From: Leucoraja erinacea
Lineage: Eukaryota
Length of the DNA stretch: 64,000 nucleotides
Assembly (NCBI RefSeq): GCF_028641065.1
Contig: NC_073396.1
Coordinates: 18,228,001-18,292,000, forward strand
Direction of reading: 5' to 3'
Position numbers and translations under genes: made by a program
Part shown: piece by piece, positions 39,132 through 52,805 of the stretch
How positions within the stretch are numbered: position 1 is the first letter of the stretch
Layout of the letters: each line of letters opens with the position of its first letter
Notes under the pieces: generated by a model
Database searches by the model: none
What the model was told of the DNA's origin: nothing
What the model saw: the letters and a program-made list of their open reading frames with translations, nothing else

Positions 39132-42100
39132 GTAGAAAATGTTTTATTTTGTTGTTGTTAGTGGTCAATTTTCTTTTCCTCCAAATTCAGTACTTTAAAA
39201 TTTAATTGTATTAAGCAATCCTCTAATCTGTAATTGTTGCATTAGTAAATTTACTACAATGCCTTGTATTATTTTGCATTATGTTACATGTTCAAATGCA
39301 TTTATTTTGTCGCACAAGTTACTGTAATTGAGTGTAAATGTTAATAGCATTAATATATGCTGAATATCCTGTAAAGAACGAGTAACATGGGGGTAATGAA
39401 ATGGGAGTCCCTTGATAGCCTGACCCGGCTACCGTAATTCTTGCCTACGATGGTTAGTTTTGAAAATACAGCAGATAAAACCTTAGCAAAATGTTTTTTT
39501 CTTATCTTGAAATGTGGTGAATAATAAGTCGGTTATTTCACCTTTGGGTTTGAACTCTTTGCCAGCAAAGGAGGTGGTAGAAGAATGAAAAAGCCCATAT
39601 CACTGGATATTGGTATGAAGGTTCTTGCCTTTCGCACCATCAAATCCGTGTACGGTTGTAAATAAAAGGACTGTAATTTCGGCAACACATCCAAGGATTG
39701 AAAGCTTCTATGATGTACTGTGTGTAAATTTTCTGATTTTTATAGCAATGTCAATGCACTCAAATAAGTCAATTTAACAAGTGTATGACAATCCCGTGTT
39801 GTACTGACCCAAGTTAGTTTTGAACATGTAAATGTAAACCAAATAAAATAAAATAAATTTTCTCTTGAGACCAGATGTTGGAGAGGATGTATATGGGTTC
39901 TCATTTGTTTGAACACAGACTGTGTAAACCTATATGAAGATCATTTGTTTATTGCGTACTCTTTGCATGGTTGATTCATAAGAAGAGACTAGTATTATCA
40001 TGTTAGCAGATGCTTATGGCATAGGGTTAAAGGTGTGCATACCCCAGAAATGACTGTGCGCTTACATATGTTTTTCTTATTTAGCTCTCTGGTGTGTAGA
40101 GATATCTGAATTTAAACCAAGTGTGCATTAAGCATATTCCCATTTGGGGACCTGGAGAGCCATATATCCATTCACCATTATCTATTGTTGACAGTGACAT
40201 TCATGTTTTATAAGTAAAGTTGCTGTTTGGGTTCAAACAAATTTGTTTGTGTGAGCAGTACAGTAAAACCTTGATAGGATCATTTGCTGCATGCCAGAAC
40301 TAGAATTAAAATACTAAATACCTGTTGAAAATGGGTGAGCAGTGAGGTTTTCTTGTCTTTGGGGCTTTTGGCATGCAAGACTTGAAACGTGCTATTAAGT
40401 GTCCAATGGGAATTTCCTGTTCAAGCACTTTGATTTGTACATTGAAATTGTGTTTGGTTTTATATTGTTTTTGAAATGAATTGTTCCTAAAATGAAAAGG
40501 TGGTTCAAAACATTGCATTTGTCCTCAGTATTACAAATTAAGGGTTATTTTATGACAAATAACATACATTCAACAACATGAAGTGCTCCTCCCTCTCAAT
40601 TACATTGGCATGACGTGTGAATATTTTATTTTCTCATCCAACTTCATGCGTTGCACCTATTTGCCGAGAAGACTTGGAACATTTCCTTTTGAGTTAGCAT
40701 TGCCTCTGAAGCCTAGGGACTGGCTTAAATCCGAGCAACTATCAAGAAATCATCCTAGTCTTGGCCAGCGCCCTGCTTATCCCCTTTTAATACTCAAATG
40801 GTTAACAGGAAATTCAACTCAAATCTGCGCAATGGTACATCGTGCGAAAATCCAAGAAATAACCTATTTTCTATCCAGGCATATTTCCAGATGACTTGAG
40901 TGCTATTGGATAAGCAGTAAATGTCATTGCAATATTAGTACTGGATTATGCTCAGGTGGCATTTGGAGTCAAAGGTGCAATAATTTGGAATAAAATTGCA
41001 CCAGATTATCAATTCCTCATTGAGCAAGACTTTAGGTTCTAACAAATGTTAAACTGAACACTTGCCCACTTCTCCATCAACCTCTGAACCCCCCCCCCCT
41101 CCATGAAACTTGCATTCCAAATTTGATAAATATCACCAGATAATACAAATAATCTATTGTGATGTACACTTGCTGTTTAATAATTGTGTATCTTAACACA
41201 TTTTAACACTTTTTAGTCTCAACTTGTTGAAGACCCCATGCCATTTGGATCACAAACTTAACAAAAGTTCAATTGAATTAATTTTCCCCATATTGATATG
41301 ACACCTGTATTCTGCAGCACCAATAACTAGCATGAATATTGCCTTTTCTCCTTAGAAATTATCTATGGTTTAGAAAATTGAAATCATCATTTCCTAATTC
41401 TACATATTGGTGTTTCCTAATGACAATTATCTTTATTCCTTTTTTGTGATACCCTCCTGGTTTGATTTCTATATTGCACTCCCAAGCTTTTGCATTGCAG
41501 TATCCAATATAAATAATTATAGTTTGGTGTAATTGTTTAATACCATGGTTTTAACTTTCTTGATTGTTTATATCTAAACAAATGTTAGCTATTACTATGG
41601 GAGTACTGTTTGAACTGGATAGAGGGATGAAAATCTGAAAGATGAATTTAATTTACTGTCTTGAACTTCTCTGGAGTCACTGAAGGATGGGTAAATAATA
41701 TTTATACAGATTACCAGACGCCCCTTGGTCAAGTAATACATTACAGGAATCGTTACTGGTCACTGAATCTTGACAACGATATAGAAAACTTTTCCAAGGA
41801 AAGTCCTGAAGGTTAAGATTTCTGAAGAAAGGTAGTTGCTTAGCAGTGACAATACTTCTGTTTTAAATATAATGTTTAACTATTGCGTGTAAAACTTTAG
41901 TGGCAGGTAGAACCAAGGAGGTGGGATGAAATAGCTTGACTTGATTTGCTTAAAAAAAACATTGGAGTAGTGTTGTATTATCCAATTAAAGAGATGTGAA
42001 TTTAGGAGATGTAAAAAGATTTGCATTCATAGTGCCATTTATTTTTATCTCCGTCCGCCAGAGACGCTGCTTGATGAGTTCAGTTACTCCAGCATTTTGT

Positions 42101-42169
42101 GTCTATCTTCAGTATAAATCAGCATCTGAAGTTCCTTCTAATAAGTTTGTCCACTATAGTTAATAGTCC

Positions 42170-42760
42170 TCTATTCTAGGCTGAATTTTGGTAAACCTCT
42201 TCTGTTCCCTCTCCAAAGCATCCATCCTTCCTGCAATGGTGTGACCAGTACGGCACACAATACTGCAAATGTAGCCTAACAAAAGTCCTATAAAGCTGCA
42301 ACATGATTTCCTGATTCTTGTATTCAATAAGGCCCAACTGATAAAGACAACTGTACTGTAAGCCTTTTTATTTATTTATTTTACTGCTCCATTTACTTGT
42401 GTTGCCACTTACAGTTAGCTATGGAGCCCAAGATCCCTTTGTTCATCAATGGTGTTGAGGATCTTGCGAGTAACTGTATACTTTCACCTTATATTCAACC
42501 TCCGAACGTGCTGGGATTAAACTCAATTTGAATTTTTTTTTCACCCAATTCTGTAACTGATTTGTATCCTGTTGAATCCTTTGACAACCCTCCTTAGTGT
42601 CCGCAATCCCAAATTTGGTGTTGTTTGCAAACTTACTAACCAATCCATCTGCAGTTTACATCCAAGTTGATCATATTGAAAGATATCAGCATACATGCCT
42701 AAAAGAACCTGACTGGTCATAGATCTGCAGTCAGAATAATGCCCTTTCACCATAATCTAG
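42170..42760 (-). mobile_element. CR1 LINE RT fragment
   Basis: VSKFANNTKFG..EGCQRIQQDTNQLQNW. Confidence 0.75.
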
Positions 42761-43807
42761 GATAAAGGGATAACCTTTGGTTAGACCAACAGCTTTCCAA
42801 ATTCGTGATCTTTTCCATCCTAATGAAATACCCAGGTTATGTGTAAACATGTGTTGCAAACCAAGATTGTGCTGCCCAGTGAATTCATAACCTTGTGCCT
42901 TATTTTGTCAAAAGAACAAGAGAAGCATTAAGATAACCTTTTCATGCGCTGACTAAAATAGTGTAGAAATGAGCCGCAATAAAGCTTTCAAAAGGGAATT
43001 GGATTTGAGCAACTTTTTAGGGAAAATCTGGAGGAATGGCTGAGATGGCCTTTGATTCTTGTGTCACCAGGTTATCCGATTTCATAGTTGGGGCAGCGTG
43101 TTGTGTTATGTGAAGTTTATTGAACATTAATAAATAGCTAACCAAACAATTCTTGGTAATGCTATTTAGTCTTTTCATAGAGACATACAGCATGAAACAC
43201 TCCCTTCAGCCCAACTTGCCCATGCTAACCAAGATGTCCTATCTACACTACATTCACGTTTGGCCCACATCCCTCTAAACCTTTCCTATCCATGTATCTG
43301 TCCAAATGTTCAAGTAGCCTTTATTGTCATTCAGACCTTGCGGTCTGAATGAAATGTTGTTGCCTTGCAGTCCTACATATAGTAAAAAATGACTAAACAC
43401 ACAATTAACACAAATTAACATCCACCACAGTGAGTTCACCAGGCACCTCCTCACTGCGGTGGAAGGCAAAAGTCTTAAGTCTTTGTCTCATCCCTTCTTA
43501 TTCTCCCTCTGCGCCGAGGCCGCTGCCGCTGTCGTCCACTGGGCCCGCGGTCGGGTCGAGTGGCTGCTGCCGCAGGAACGTGCCCCAGCTCCAAGTTCTG
43601 GTCGCTGCTGTCCCAGCTCCGAGGCCAGGTCGCCGCTACCGCTGCTCCGGCTGTATTGCAGTGTTGTTACTGGTACTTGAAGTACTTGTGCTCCTTGGGT
43701 TCCTACTAAATCTTTACCCTCTCACCTTAAACCCATGTCCTCTGGTTTTTGATTTCCCTGCTCTGGGTAAAAGACTATTCACCTCATGATATTATGCACC
43801 TCAGTAA

Positions 43808-44490
43808 AGGGGCTGTCCCACTTGGGTGACCTAATCCACAAGTTAAGAAGAGTGTGTTCAACCTTCAAGCTCGAGGGCACTCGCCTGGAAAGCGTCGAGC
43901 GGGATCGAGTGTGCGCATTGAAACCGCGCGCTGGATCGACCGACCACACACACACACACACACACTGCCAGGGAAAGTGGGGGAGCGCTGTCTGAAATTC
44001 ACACCTGCGATGAAGAAGGTAAAAGGCTGCTCAGTAACGGTGAGTCCTTTAGACAGCGCGGGGGGAGGGGTAGAAGGAGAGAGGAGGAGTGGAGACACTT
44101 TTAAGAAGTATAATTAAGTTTAGCGGGCATTTTAACTACCGGTAGGTTTTCCTTCATGCTGAAAACCCCAATGAGCCAATCAAAATGCCTGGTCAGCGAA
44201 GGCGATTGCCTATGGCTGCCCTCGATTGCCTCTAACTAAATAGCGACCCCACTCCACCACGAGTTCAAAAGAACCATGCCCACCAAATTTTACTTGCGGA
44301 AAATTTTTCAACATGCTTAAAAATTTTCCGTGACCAAGCTGAGGCCATGAGTATTCGGGAACTTCCCTCAAGCATGAAGGAAAATTCCAGCGACCTCCTA
44401 GGACCACGTGTCGACCATGCTCGAGCTCGAGATCGAGATCGAAGACACTTCTAAACTCGCAGATTAGGTAGCCCAAGTGGGACAGCCCCT
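43808..44490. mobile_element. PIF/Harbinger-type non-autonomous element
   Basis: TIRs AGGGGCTGTCCCACTTGGG / CCCAAGTGGGACAGCCCCT; flanks TAA and TTA; splits a minus-strand CR1 3' end. Confidence 0.88.
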
Positions 44491-44624
44491 TTAGATCACA
44501 CCTGTGCTCCAAAAGGAAAGCCCATACCTGCCCAACTTCTCCCTATAGCTCAGACCCTCGCGTCATGGAAACATCCTCATAAATCATCTCTGCACTTTTT
44601 TCTTTTGTTCTTGGTTTAGAGCTT

Positions 44625-44937
44625 ACTTTAGGTATACAGCGTGAAAACAAGTCATTTGGCCCATCAAGTGCATGCAAACTAGCGATCACCCTTCCGCTAG
44701 TTATATGTTATCCTATTATATTACATCCTATATATTACAGGGGCAATTTACAGATGTCAATTAGCCTACATACCTGTACATTTTTAGAATGTGAAAAGAA
44801 TGTGTCACCCAGAGAAAACCCATGCAGTCACAAGGAGAATGTACAAACTCCACACAGACTGCACCCAGAGTCAGGATTGAACCCAGGTCTCTGGCGCTGT
44901 GAGGCAACAACCCTGCTGCTACACCATTGTGCTGCCC
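44625..44937 (-). mobile_element. V-SINE-like SINE
   Basis: Reverse complement of the tRNA head (GGATTGAACCCAGGTCTCTGGCGCTGTGAGGCA) and body. Confidence 0.75.
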
Positions 44938-45984
44938 CAATAAACCATTTGTTTATTGTCATCTACACAAATACAGTAAAAATCATGCTTACAGATGCAT
45001 AACATCCATCAGTAGAAATTTGTTAAGAGTATTTGATGACATGCCAAATCTCTTTAAAATTGTAAGAAAGGAAAAATGCTGACCCGCCTTATTTGTAATT
45101 ACAACTTTGCGCTAGGACCAGGACAGATTATCTGAGATGTTAACACCCAAGAACTTGAAGTTGCTTACTCTTCACTCTCAACCACCTGAAACGTGGTCTC
45201 CCAATACCTCTTTCTTAGTCAGCGATAAGTTTCTTAGTTTTGTTACATTGAGTGAGGCTAAGTTGTGTGGCATCACTCAACTAGGTGTTCTATCTTTTGC
45301 ACACTGACTCATCACCATCCGTGATTTGGCCAACAACAATGGTAATGGTGATACCTTTAGGAATGGTAGAGACAGGCAATGGTTGTGTTCTAGTGAGCGA
45401 GCTGTCCCAAGTTTTTATAATGGGATCTCTCAATCTGGGCGATTGGGATATCGGAGTGCACCATGTTTAAGGGAGTATATTGTTCTCGAGTCACTATATA
45501 AAGGAATAATTCTAACAGCTTAATGGCCATCATGGAAACTAAACAATGGCCTTGCCTGTCCAAAGTTTCCAATGTGTTGTAGTCTTAGGTGGACATTTCT
45601 AGAGGATATATGTGTCATTCCAAATGTGTTGGATGATAATAAGTGTTTGCAGTGAATAGGATGTTTCTTTTGTTTTATTGCAATAAAATCACACTGGAAA
45701 ATAATAAAATCTCTAATGACCACAATGATAATGACATCCTCATTTACTGCTCTCCTTTGATCCTGTTTTGTTTCTTTTGAAAATCATAGTCCATTTCGGC
45801 TTTACCAGAATTTTGAATTCAGTTCGTAAGCCCACATTCTAAGTCTGGCACCATCTCTCTTCCTCTTTATCCCTTCCTACACTAGAAATTGCAGTGTTCC
45901 CCTTGGTAGCATCACAGTTTATAGCTCATCGAAAAAAAACAATTGAGTGCTATTCAAATGTTGAGTCTCTCCATAGTGGAATCT

Positions 45985-46016
<32 letters not shown>

Positions 46017-47081
46017 ACATGGAATTTATTTGCAGTTATGTTTACAGCTTCCTAGGCATTGACATGCAGCGGCATTGAAATATGAGTTTGAATATTTAAA
46101 TTTACTCTTAATCCAGAATGTCCAAAGAAGATTGAGGCTCAGAAACCAACATCGTCCACAACAGTGCACTTTGCAAGGATGAAAATATTAATTCCAATGA
46201 ATTGTCAGCAGACTTGATCTTACCAAGGGTTTTACTGTACATGTGAATATTTACTGCTTGTCTGAGGTGGTGCCCTAAGCGCTGTGTGCAAGTTGAACAG
46301 AATGGAACCCAAAGAGCCAGATATTGGAGCATCAAATAATTGTTTTATAGTTCTTGTACTTGAATTGTAGGCATATCACTGTTTTAATTAAAGTCATGTA
46401 AATGGTGGAAGAACATATCCCCTCCTGTTGCCAAACAACAACTTTCTCAATTTTGATTTCTTTTTCATAAATGTTAGCTTATTGAACATTTGTTGATCCT
46501 ATTACTCAGGCGGTGGACTTATCCTGAAGTAAGAATGACATCGACATACTTGGCCCAACTTGGGTGAAGTCGTTTTCCTGTAACATGTGTCAGAGTACTT
46601 TGAACCATGAACCTAGTTCAGACTATCCCAGAAACCACCAGATAATCCACGTAAATATTAACAAAAGTATTTGTTTTAATTGTTTTGCACGGTTATCATT
46701 TTTATTACATTTATTTTTCATTTTGGAGGTGTTTACCCTGGGAATAGCAAAAATGTGATTTCTGTAACCTCCATGATGTGATGGAGATGTTGCTAATTTC
46801 GTTGGTGTTTCAATTGCATACGATTGAAAGTATTATAATTAACAGCAGTACCAGGGTTGAGGAACTCCTACCTCCCCCAACCCCTTGATTCTTCCACCAT
46901 TTCCCGTGTCCGAGTCAACTTCCTTTTCCTTGGATCATTGGCAAGCTGGATCAACGGTGTTCTTGATAACATAGTTGCGATAAATACTGGGCATCTTGCT
47001 GTTCATTACAGGGTGTGATCTGGAGTGTATAGAAAATTCTGGGTAACTACTTTTTTTTTATAACACACACCTGTCAAACAG

Positions 47082-47170
47082 ACGGCCAATCTGGCTGAAG
47101 CTAATGCCTCCGAAGAAGATAAAATTAAGGCCATGATGACTCAGTCTGGTCAAGAATATGATCCAGTGAA
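47082..47170 (+). CDS. RBBP6: RBBP6 exon 5
   Basis: aaacag|TANLAEANASEEDKIKAMMTQSGQEYDPV(N)|gtgagt. Confidence 0.96.
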
Positions 47171-47271
47171 GTGAGTTGGAAAGATGAAATTTGATAACAT
47201 TTAATACTGCTTTATAATCCATTCGTAGAAAAGGACATTGTGTATTAATTATGTTACATTTTCTTTCCCAG

Positions 47272-47368
47272 CTATATGAAGAAACCTTTGGGTCCTCCTC
47301 CACCAACATATACTTGTTTTCGTTGTGGAAAACCAGGCCATTACATTAAAAATTGCCCAACTAATGGG
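47272..47368 (+). CDS. RBBP6: RBBP6 exon 6 (CCHC zinc knuckle)
   Basis: ttcccag|YMKKPLGPPPPTYTCFRCGKPGHYIKNCPTNG|gtgggt. Confidence 0.97.
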
Positions 47369-47908
47369 GTGGGTAAAACTAGTTCAGCTTTTTAACATTG
47401 TTGTGATGGTACTGTGTTAAAGGCAAAAAACAATATTAAAAAACTAGGTGGACACCTGGGGAAAGAAAAATGGACGTTGTGGAGATATTCAGCATATCAG
47501 GCAGCACCTGTGGAGAAATAAAGAATGTTTTGATTGGTTTGCTGCAGGATCTCTAGCTTTCGAGGTGGCTCTGCACCAATAATTAAACTGCCAGAATATT
47601 CAGTGCTCCTGTGGCAAATACTTCCAGAAAATTATCTCAATGAAGAGAAGAGCAACATTGCAGCATACTGATTGTGTTGCTTTGAGGTTATTTCCAAAGC
47701 AGTGTCAGTCCAGTTGGAATACTGGTCACATCTAACAGCATTAGGCAATTGAGTTGCTGAGTGTTTACTACTGAAATTAATGGATTTCCTTTTGGCCCAC
47801 TGTTAGAGTTGGAATTTGACAAGTAATATCCTTTAAATGTTTACACATTGTCCAATCAACTTGCCATGCAAAGTAAAATCTGAATTTGTACAAAGTCAGA
47901 AGCTAATC

Positions 47909-48738
47909 CAGAGTTGTCAAGTAGTACGGATTTCCGTATTTTGTATGGAAATGCGATGAGAATACTGATGTACGATTTTGTGTTGTTAAATGCGGATTTT
48001 AAATACGGAGTTCAATTCAGTCTGAAGAAGGGTCTTGACCAGAAACGTCACCCATTCCTTCTCTCCAGAGTCGCTGCCTGTCCCGCTCCAGGTTTAAACA
48101 GAGCGCTGTCAGTTTAACGTGTGGGAATTTAAACGAAGCGCTGTGGATTCTAAATATAGCACTACCAGCTGGAACGCTATGGGCTTTACACATAGTGCTA
48201 TGGCCACAGCGCTATTGGTCGCAGACTGTTCAGGAAAATTCTCGTATAACAATGAGTCTTTGGAATTCTCTTTCTCAGTAGAAGTTGAGCGTTTGATTAT
48301 TTTTCAGGCAGTGGTAGAATTCTGGATAAGCCTAGTGGTGAAAGGTTACCGGTTACATTGGGATTGGCCTTGATTTTACGGAACGGTGGGTGGGCTCAAG
48401 GGAGAGAGGGAGGGAGGGAATAAGAGAGGGAAGGAGAAAAAAAGGAAGGAAGGAGGGGAGAGGGAGGCTTCCAAAATGGCTTCTACATCATCACCTGGTG
48501 CTAAAAGCAGGAAGCAGCCGTTCAAACAGCAGTATACAAAGAGATGGCAATGAATGCACTGTCAAGTAAGGTCCGTAGAAGACATGTCAATTGGTAGCAA
48601 AGTTATGCATTCTTGTACTCTTACATGCGTATGACTGCACATAAAATAACAATTTTTTCCATAAAATGGCACCGTGTAAACATACTGATTTTCAGGTACT
48701 AGAATACTGAAATGCTCTGACAAAACTTGGCAGCTCTG
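47909..48738. mobile_element. hAT-like non-autonomous element with 6-bp TSD
   Basis: TIRs CAGAGTTGTCAAGT / ACTTGGCAGCTCTG (12/14 match); CTAATC at 47903-47908 and 48739-48744; subterminal TACGGA/TACTGA repeats. Confidence 0.78.
48022..48049 (+). ncRNA. Minimal hammerhead-ribozyme-like motif
   Basis: CTGAAGA-A-GGGTC(TT)GACCA-GAAAC-GTC; has a GUC cleavage triplet, with a mismatch at the base of helix II. Confidence 0.45.
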
Positions 48739-48894
48739 CTAATCAGTTTTTAATGCACTCTTATTTGTGCTCATTGTATTTGCACAACTGGATTTTTGTA
48801 ACAATAGACAAACTTCCATGATAAGATGGAAGCTTAGAATGTTTTCTAGGACTCAAGTCCTTTGCAATGGCAACAAAATGACTAACATTGCTGT

Positions 48895-49095
48895 GTAAGA
48901 AGGAACTGCAGATGCTGGTTTACACTGACGATAGACTCAATGCTGGAGTACCTCAGCGGCACATCTATGGGTAGCAGGATTGGGTGATGTTTCAGGTCGA
49001 GACTGAACTCAGGATCTAGAACCATAACGTCACCCATTCCTTCTATCTAGAGATGCTGCCTGTCCTGCTGAGTTACTCCAGTATTTTGTCTATCT
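48895..49095. mobile_element. Short fold-back Penelope-derived element with 14-bp flanking duplication
   Basis: ACTAACATTGCTGT at 48881-48894 and 49096-49109; internal arms TGCTGGAGTACCTCAGC / GCTGAGTTACTCCAGTA. Confidence 0.75.
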
Positions 49096-49174
49096 ACTAA
49101 CATTGCTGTATGTGTGGGAAAGATTCATATAATAAAAAAATAAACTGCAATTTATCTGTAAAAAAAATATTTAG

Positions 49175-49314
49175 GACAAAAATTTTGAAGCTGTGCCAAG
49201 GATTAAGAAGAGCACGGGCATTCCCCGCAGTTTCATGGTAGAAGTTGATGACCCAAATATGAGGGGTGCAATGCTCACCAACACTGGGAAATATGCCATA
49301 CCTACAATTGATGC
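49175..49314 (+). CDS. RBBP6: RBBP6 exon 7
   Basis: atttag|DKNFEAVPRIKKSTGIPRSFMVEVDDPNMRGAMLTNTGKYAIPTID(A)|gtaagt. Confidence 0.97.
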
Positions 49315-50046
49315 GTAAGTACTGTAACATCAGCATTTCCAAGCTGCAGTTCTAGTATTGATAGGTGGTCTAGGTCTTATTTATGTAATTGGCTTTTAAA
49401 TAATGTGATGAAACGGGTTTAAATTGTTACGTTTGTAAACATCCACTTCAAAATGTCCTACTTAATCCATTTCTAACTTTAATTACTTTGCCCGAATGCA
49501 TTCGGACAATGTAATTAAACACTAACTTTTTTTTGAACTAGCCATATTATGTCTTGAGTTTTCACATTCAAAACTTGAGGTGAGATTTTTAAACGTGCTA
49601 GGATTTGGATACAGAGTGGCAGCACAGACGGATGCAACTATAACTGAATGTGTCTCCAACAAAGTACAAAGGTTGAGAATTCAGTCAGTGTGGGAAATGG
49701 GTGAATAGTGACTTTTTTTTTTTTTAAGTTAAATCAATTCAGATTTCAAACTAAATGTAGATTTGAACAATACTTAGAAATTAAAGGAGGTGTTGCTCTC
49801 CAGTAAACTGGGAATGTAAAGTGGACAGAAAAATAGGGTTCATAAATAGGGGAATGTGGGAACTTGGAGACACTGCATCAGGATCTTTGAGAGCTGCCTC
49901 CTTGTAGAATTTAGATGCAGTGTGGAAACAGGTTCTTCGGACCATCGGGTTCTCGCCGACCTACGATCCCTGTGCACTAACACTATCCAATACACAAGGG
50001 TCTCCAGCTCTGTAAGGCACCTACTCTACCACTGTGCCGCACTGCC

Positions 50047-51760
50047 AGAGGTGCAAAGGGACTTGGGTGTACTGGTGCAGGATTCCCAAAAGGTTAATTT
50101 GCAAGTTAAATCAATAGTAAGGAAGGCAAATGCAATGTTAGCATTTATTTCGAGCGCACTAGAGTATCAAAACAGGGATGTATTGATGAGGCTTTATACG
50201 GCACTGTTCAGACTGCATTTAGAGTATTGTGATCAGTTTTGGGACCCATATTGATGTTGTAGTGTTGGAGAGGATACTCAGGAGGTTTTTGAGAATAATC
50301 CCTGGGATGATTGGGTTAACGTATGATGAGTGGCCTGGATAGAGTGGATGCGGAGAGGATGGTTACACTAGCGGTACAGTAGGACCAGAGGGCATAGCCT
50401 CAGAATAAAAGGACGTAACTTTAGAAAGGAGATGAGGAGGAATTTCTTGAGTTAGAGGAGGGTGGTGATTCTGTGGCATACAGTGCCACAGACGGTTGTG
50501 GCAGCCAAGTCATTGATAATTTCTTCGGAATTTTGAATAATGAGGAGTAATCTTACTGAAACTTAAGATCCTGAGCAGAGGCGCAAGGGTAGATTTTGGG
50601 ACGTTTGTACTGTGGGAGAACCTAGATTAAGGGGATGTAGTTACAAGGTAACGGTCTGTAATTTTCTATCCCAGGCAGTTGTGTATCCTGGATTACTGGG
50701 GCTATTGAAAGAAGAAGTACATTTTTGAAAGATGGCACAGAATAGGAGATGAGTTCTAGGGTAAATCAGCCATGTTATTGAATGGTGGGGCCAGCTAATT
50801 GGGCCAAGTGGCCTATTGTCGTTCACATTTTCATGAAAAGAAGTTACCAGAATTTTAGTAGAGTTAATGTTTGGGGGAAAGAATGATGTCCTAGTAAAAC
50901 TGGCTGTGCTCGGAGTGAACAAGTCCCCTGGTTTAGAAGGGTTGCATCCAAGAGAGTGCCGGGGCTGAAGTTTGAGGAAGGGCTTGCCACAATCTTCTAG
51001 TCATCACTAGGAACTAGCAAATGTAACAGCGTTGAATGCGGGATGTCAGGATATGGGCAGCTATTTCAAGCCTAACAGCTCATCCACTTTTATGGAAAAA
51101 CTTCTTGAATCAAAAACCTGGGGGAAATATTAATTGGCATCTTGTGATGTTGGTTGACGGTGCAAAGAATGCATAGATTTGATTGGAAAATAATGACTGT
51201 GCCATAATTTATTACTTTTTAAGTAACAGGAGGTTGGTGAAGCGAATGCAGTCATGGTGCATATGATTTTTGTAAGATTTGTATTAAAGTCCTGCAGAAA
51301 ATGCAAGTCAGCAAAATTGAGGTGCATCCAATCAAAGGATGGACAGCATGATTATAGATTGGTTGCTTTTACTCCATAATAAAGTATTGTCAGTGGAGAT
51401 TTCCAGAGTTAGTACTAGGACCATTGCTTTTTGCTGTTGTGCACAGTATAACTTCTGTTTACCATCACCCACTAAGTTTGAAGAATGTTAGATAATCAAA
51501 TTTGTCATACAATGAAGTGTCAGCCCACCCTTGTATTTATGCATGATAGATGGAAAATTGCTGGATAACGTCTTTTATTATTGAGAGTAAAGAGTAAAAT
51601 TAAAATAATGTTAAACAATGAAACTAAGCCTATTGCAGAATGGCTGACGAGTGGAAATTTAATATAATGAAATGCTGTATTATGGCAGGAAGAATGAGAC
51701 TTGACCATGATTAGCAGGGCATAGGGGATCCTAGATTCATAAAGAAGCTGGGAAGTTAAA
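50047..51760 (+). mobile_element. Cluster of CR1 LINE fragments
   Basis: EVQRDLGVLVQDSQKVNLQV..KANAMLAFIS..RLHLEYCDQFW, plus older RT remnants. Confidence 0.75.
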
Positions 51761-52097
51761 GCATTGGTAGGCTAAACAGGACAGTTGTGGCCAGTTCTGA
51801 CCACCAAGCTGTAGTAACCATGTAAATGTCTTATAAAGGGTGCATGGAAGTATTGTTTACTTGAAAGACCCAGAATGCTGATGTAACTGTGGGTTAAGCA
51901 GCCTTTCTGGGTAACATGGCTAGGTGGCGTTTCAGGTCGGGACCCTTCAGACTTGCACGCTAACGCTGACTTCAGCATTTTTTGTCTTTCTTTGGTAAAC
52001 CAGCATCTATAATTCCTTATTATTATATTTACTTAAATGAATCCTAGGATTATGAATTTCAATTGTAAGACTAAGTGTTTTCCTCAGATTAGAGGTA

Positions 52098-52627
52098 CTA
52101 GACTAAGTGGGATCCGTTGGGTCCCTGTCACATGGGAGGCCTGGTCCCCCAAAGCAACCCGTTCCCGAACGCAATATTCCACCGCTCACCCCATTCCCTC
52201 AACGCAATATTCCCACCACTCACGCCTATCCCTCTCCCATCAAATCCACCCCTCCCTGTTCACATCTCCCTCTACTTCCCCCCTCCATCCCACCTTGTCA
52301 ATCACCCCGGACCCCTTCTACCCCCCTCCCTACCCCGCAGCACTCCACCACCCCTCTACCCCACCATCCCTCTTCCCTATGCCTCCCTCTTCCCTATCCC
52401 TCCCTCCATCCCCACCCCCATCCCACTTTGTCCATCACCCCGGACCCCTTCTACCCCCCTCTCTCTACCCCGCTGCACTCCACCACCCTTCTACCCCACT
52501 GCCTCCCTCTTTCCCCCCCCCCCCCCCCCTATCCATCTCTTCCCTATCCCTCCCTCATCCCTACCCCTCCCTCATCTCCCCCCCCCCCCCCCCCCCTCCC
52601 CCCCTCCCCCCCCCCCCCCCCCCCCCC

Positions 52628-52671
<44 letters not shown>

Positions 52672-52771
52672 TGCTGTGGGCTCCCTCTCTGTGTTGAGGT
52701 CAGTTAGGAGCTGCTGGAGTGCTGCCCTTCCCGGCACCCGTGGTGTCCCTCGACAGCGGGGTTCGGCGATC

Positions 52772-52805
<34 letters not shown>

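Noticed and set aside
45987-46016. Long C homopolymers (also ~5857, 17755, 25672, 52577-52670)
   Set aside because: Probably real C-rich tracts of unreliable length or consensus artefacts; no function can be inferred.
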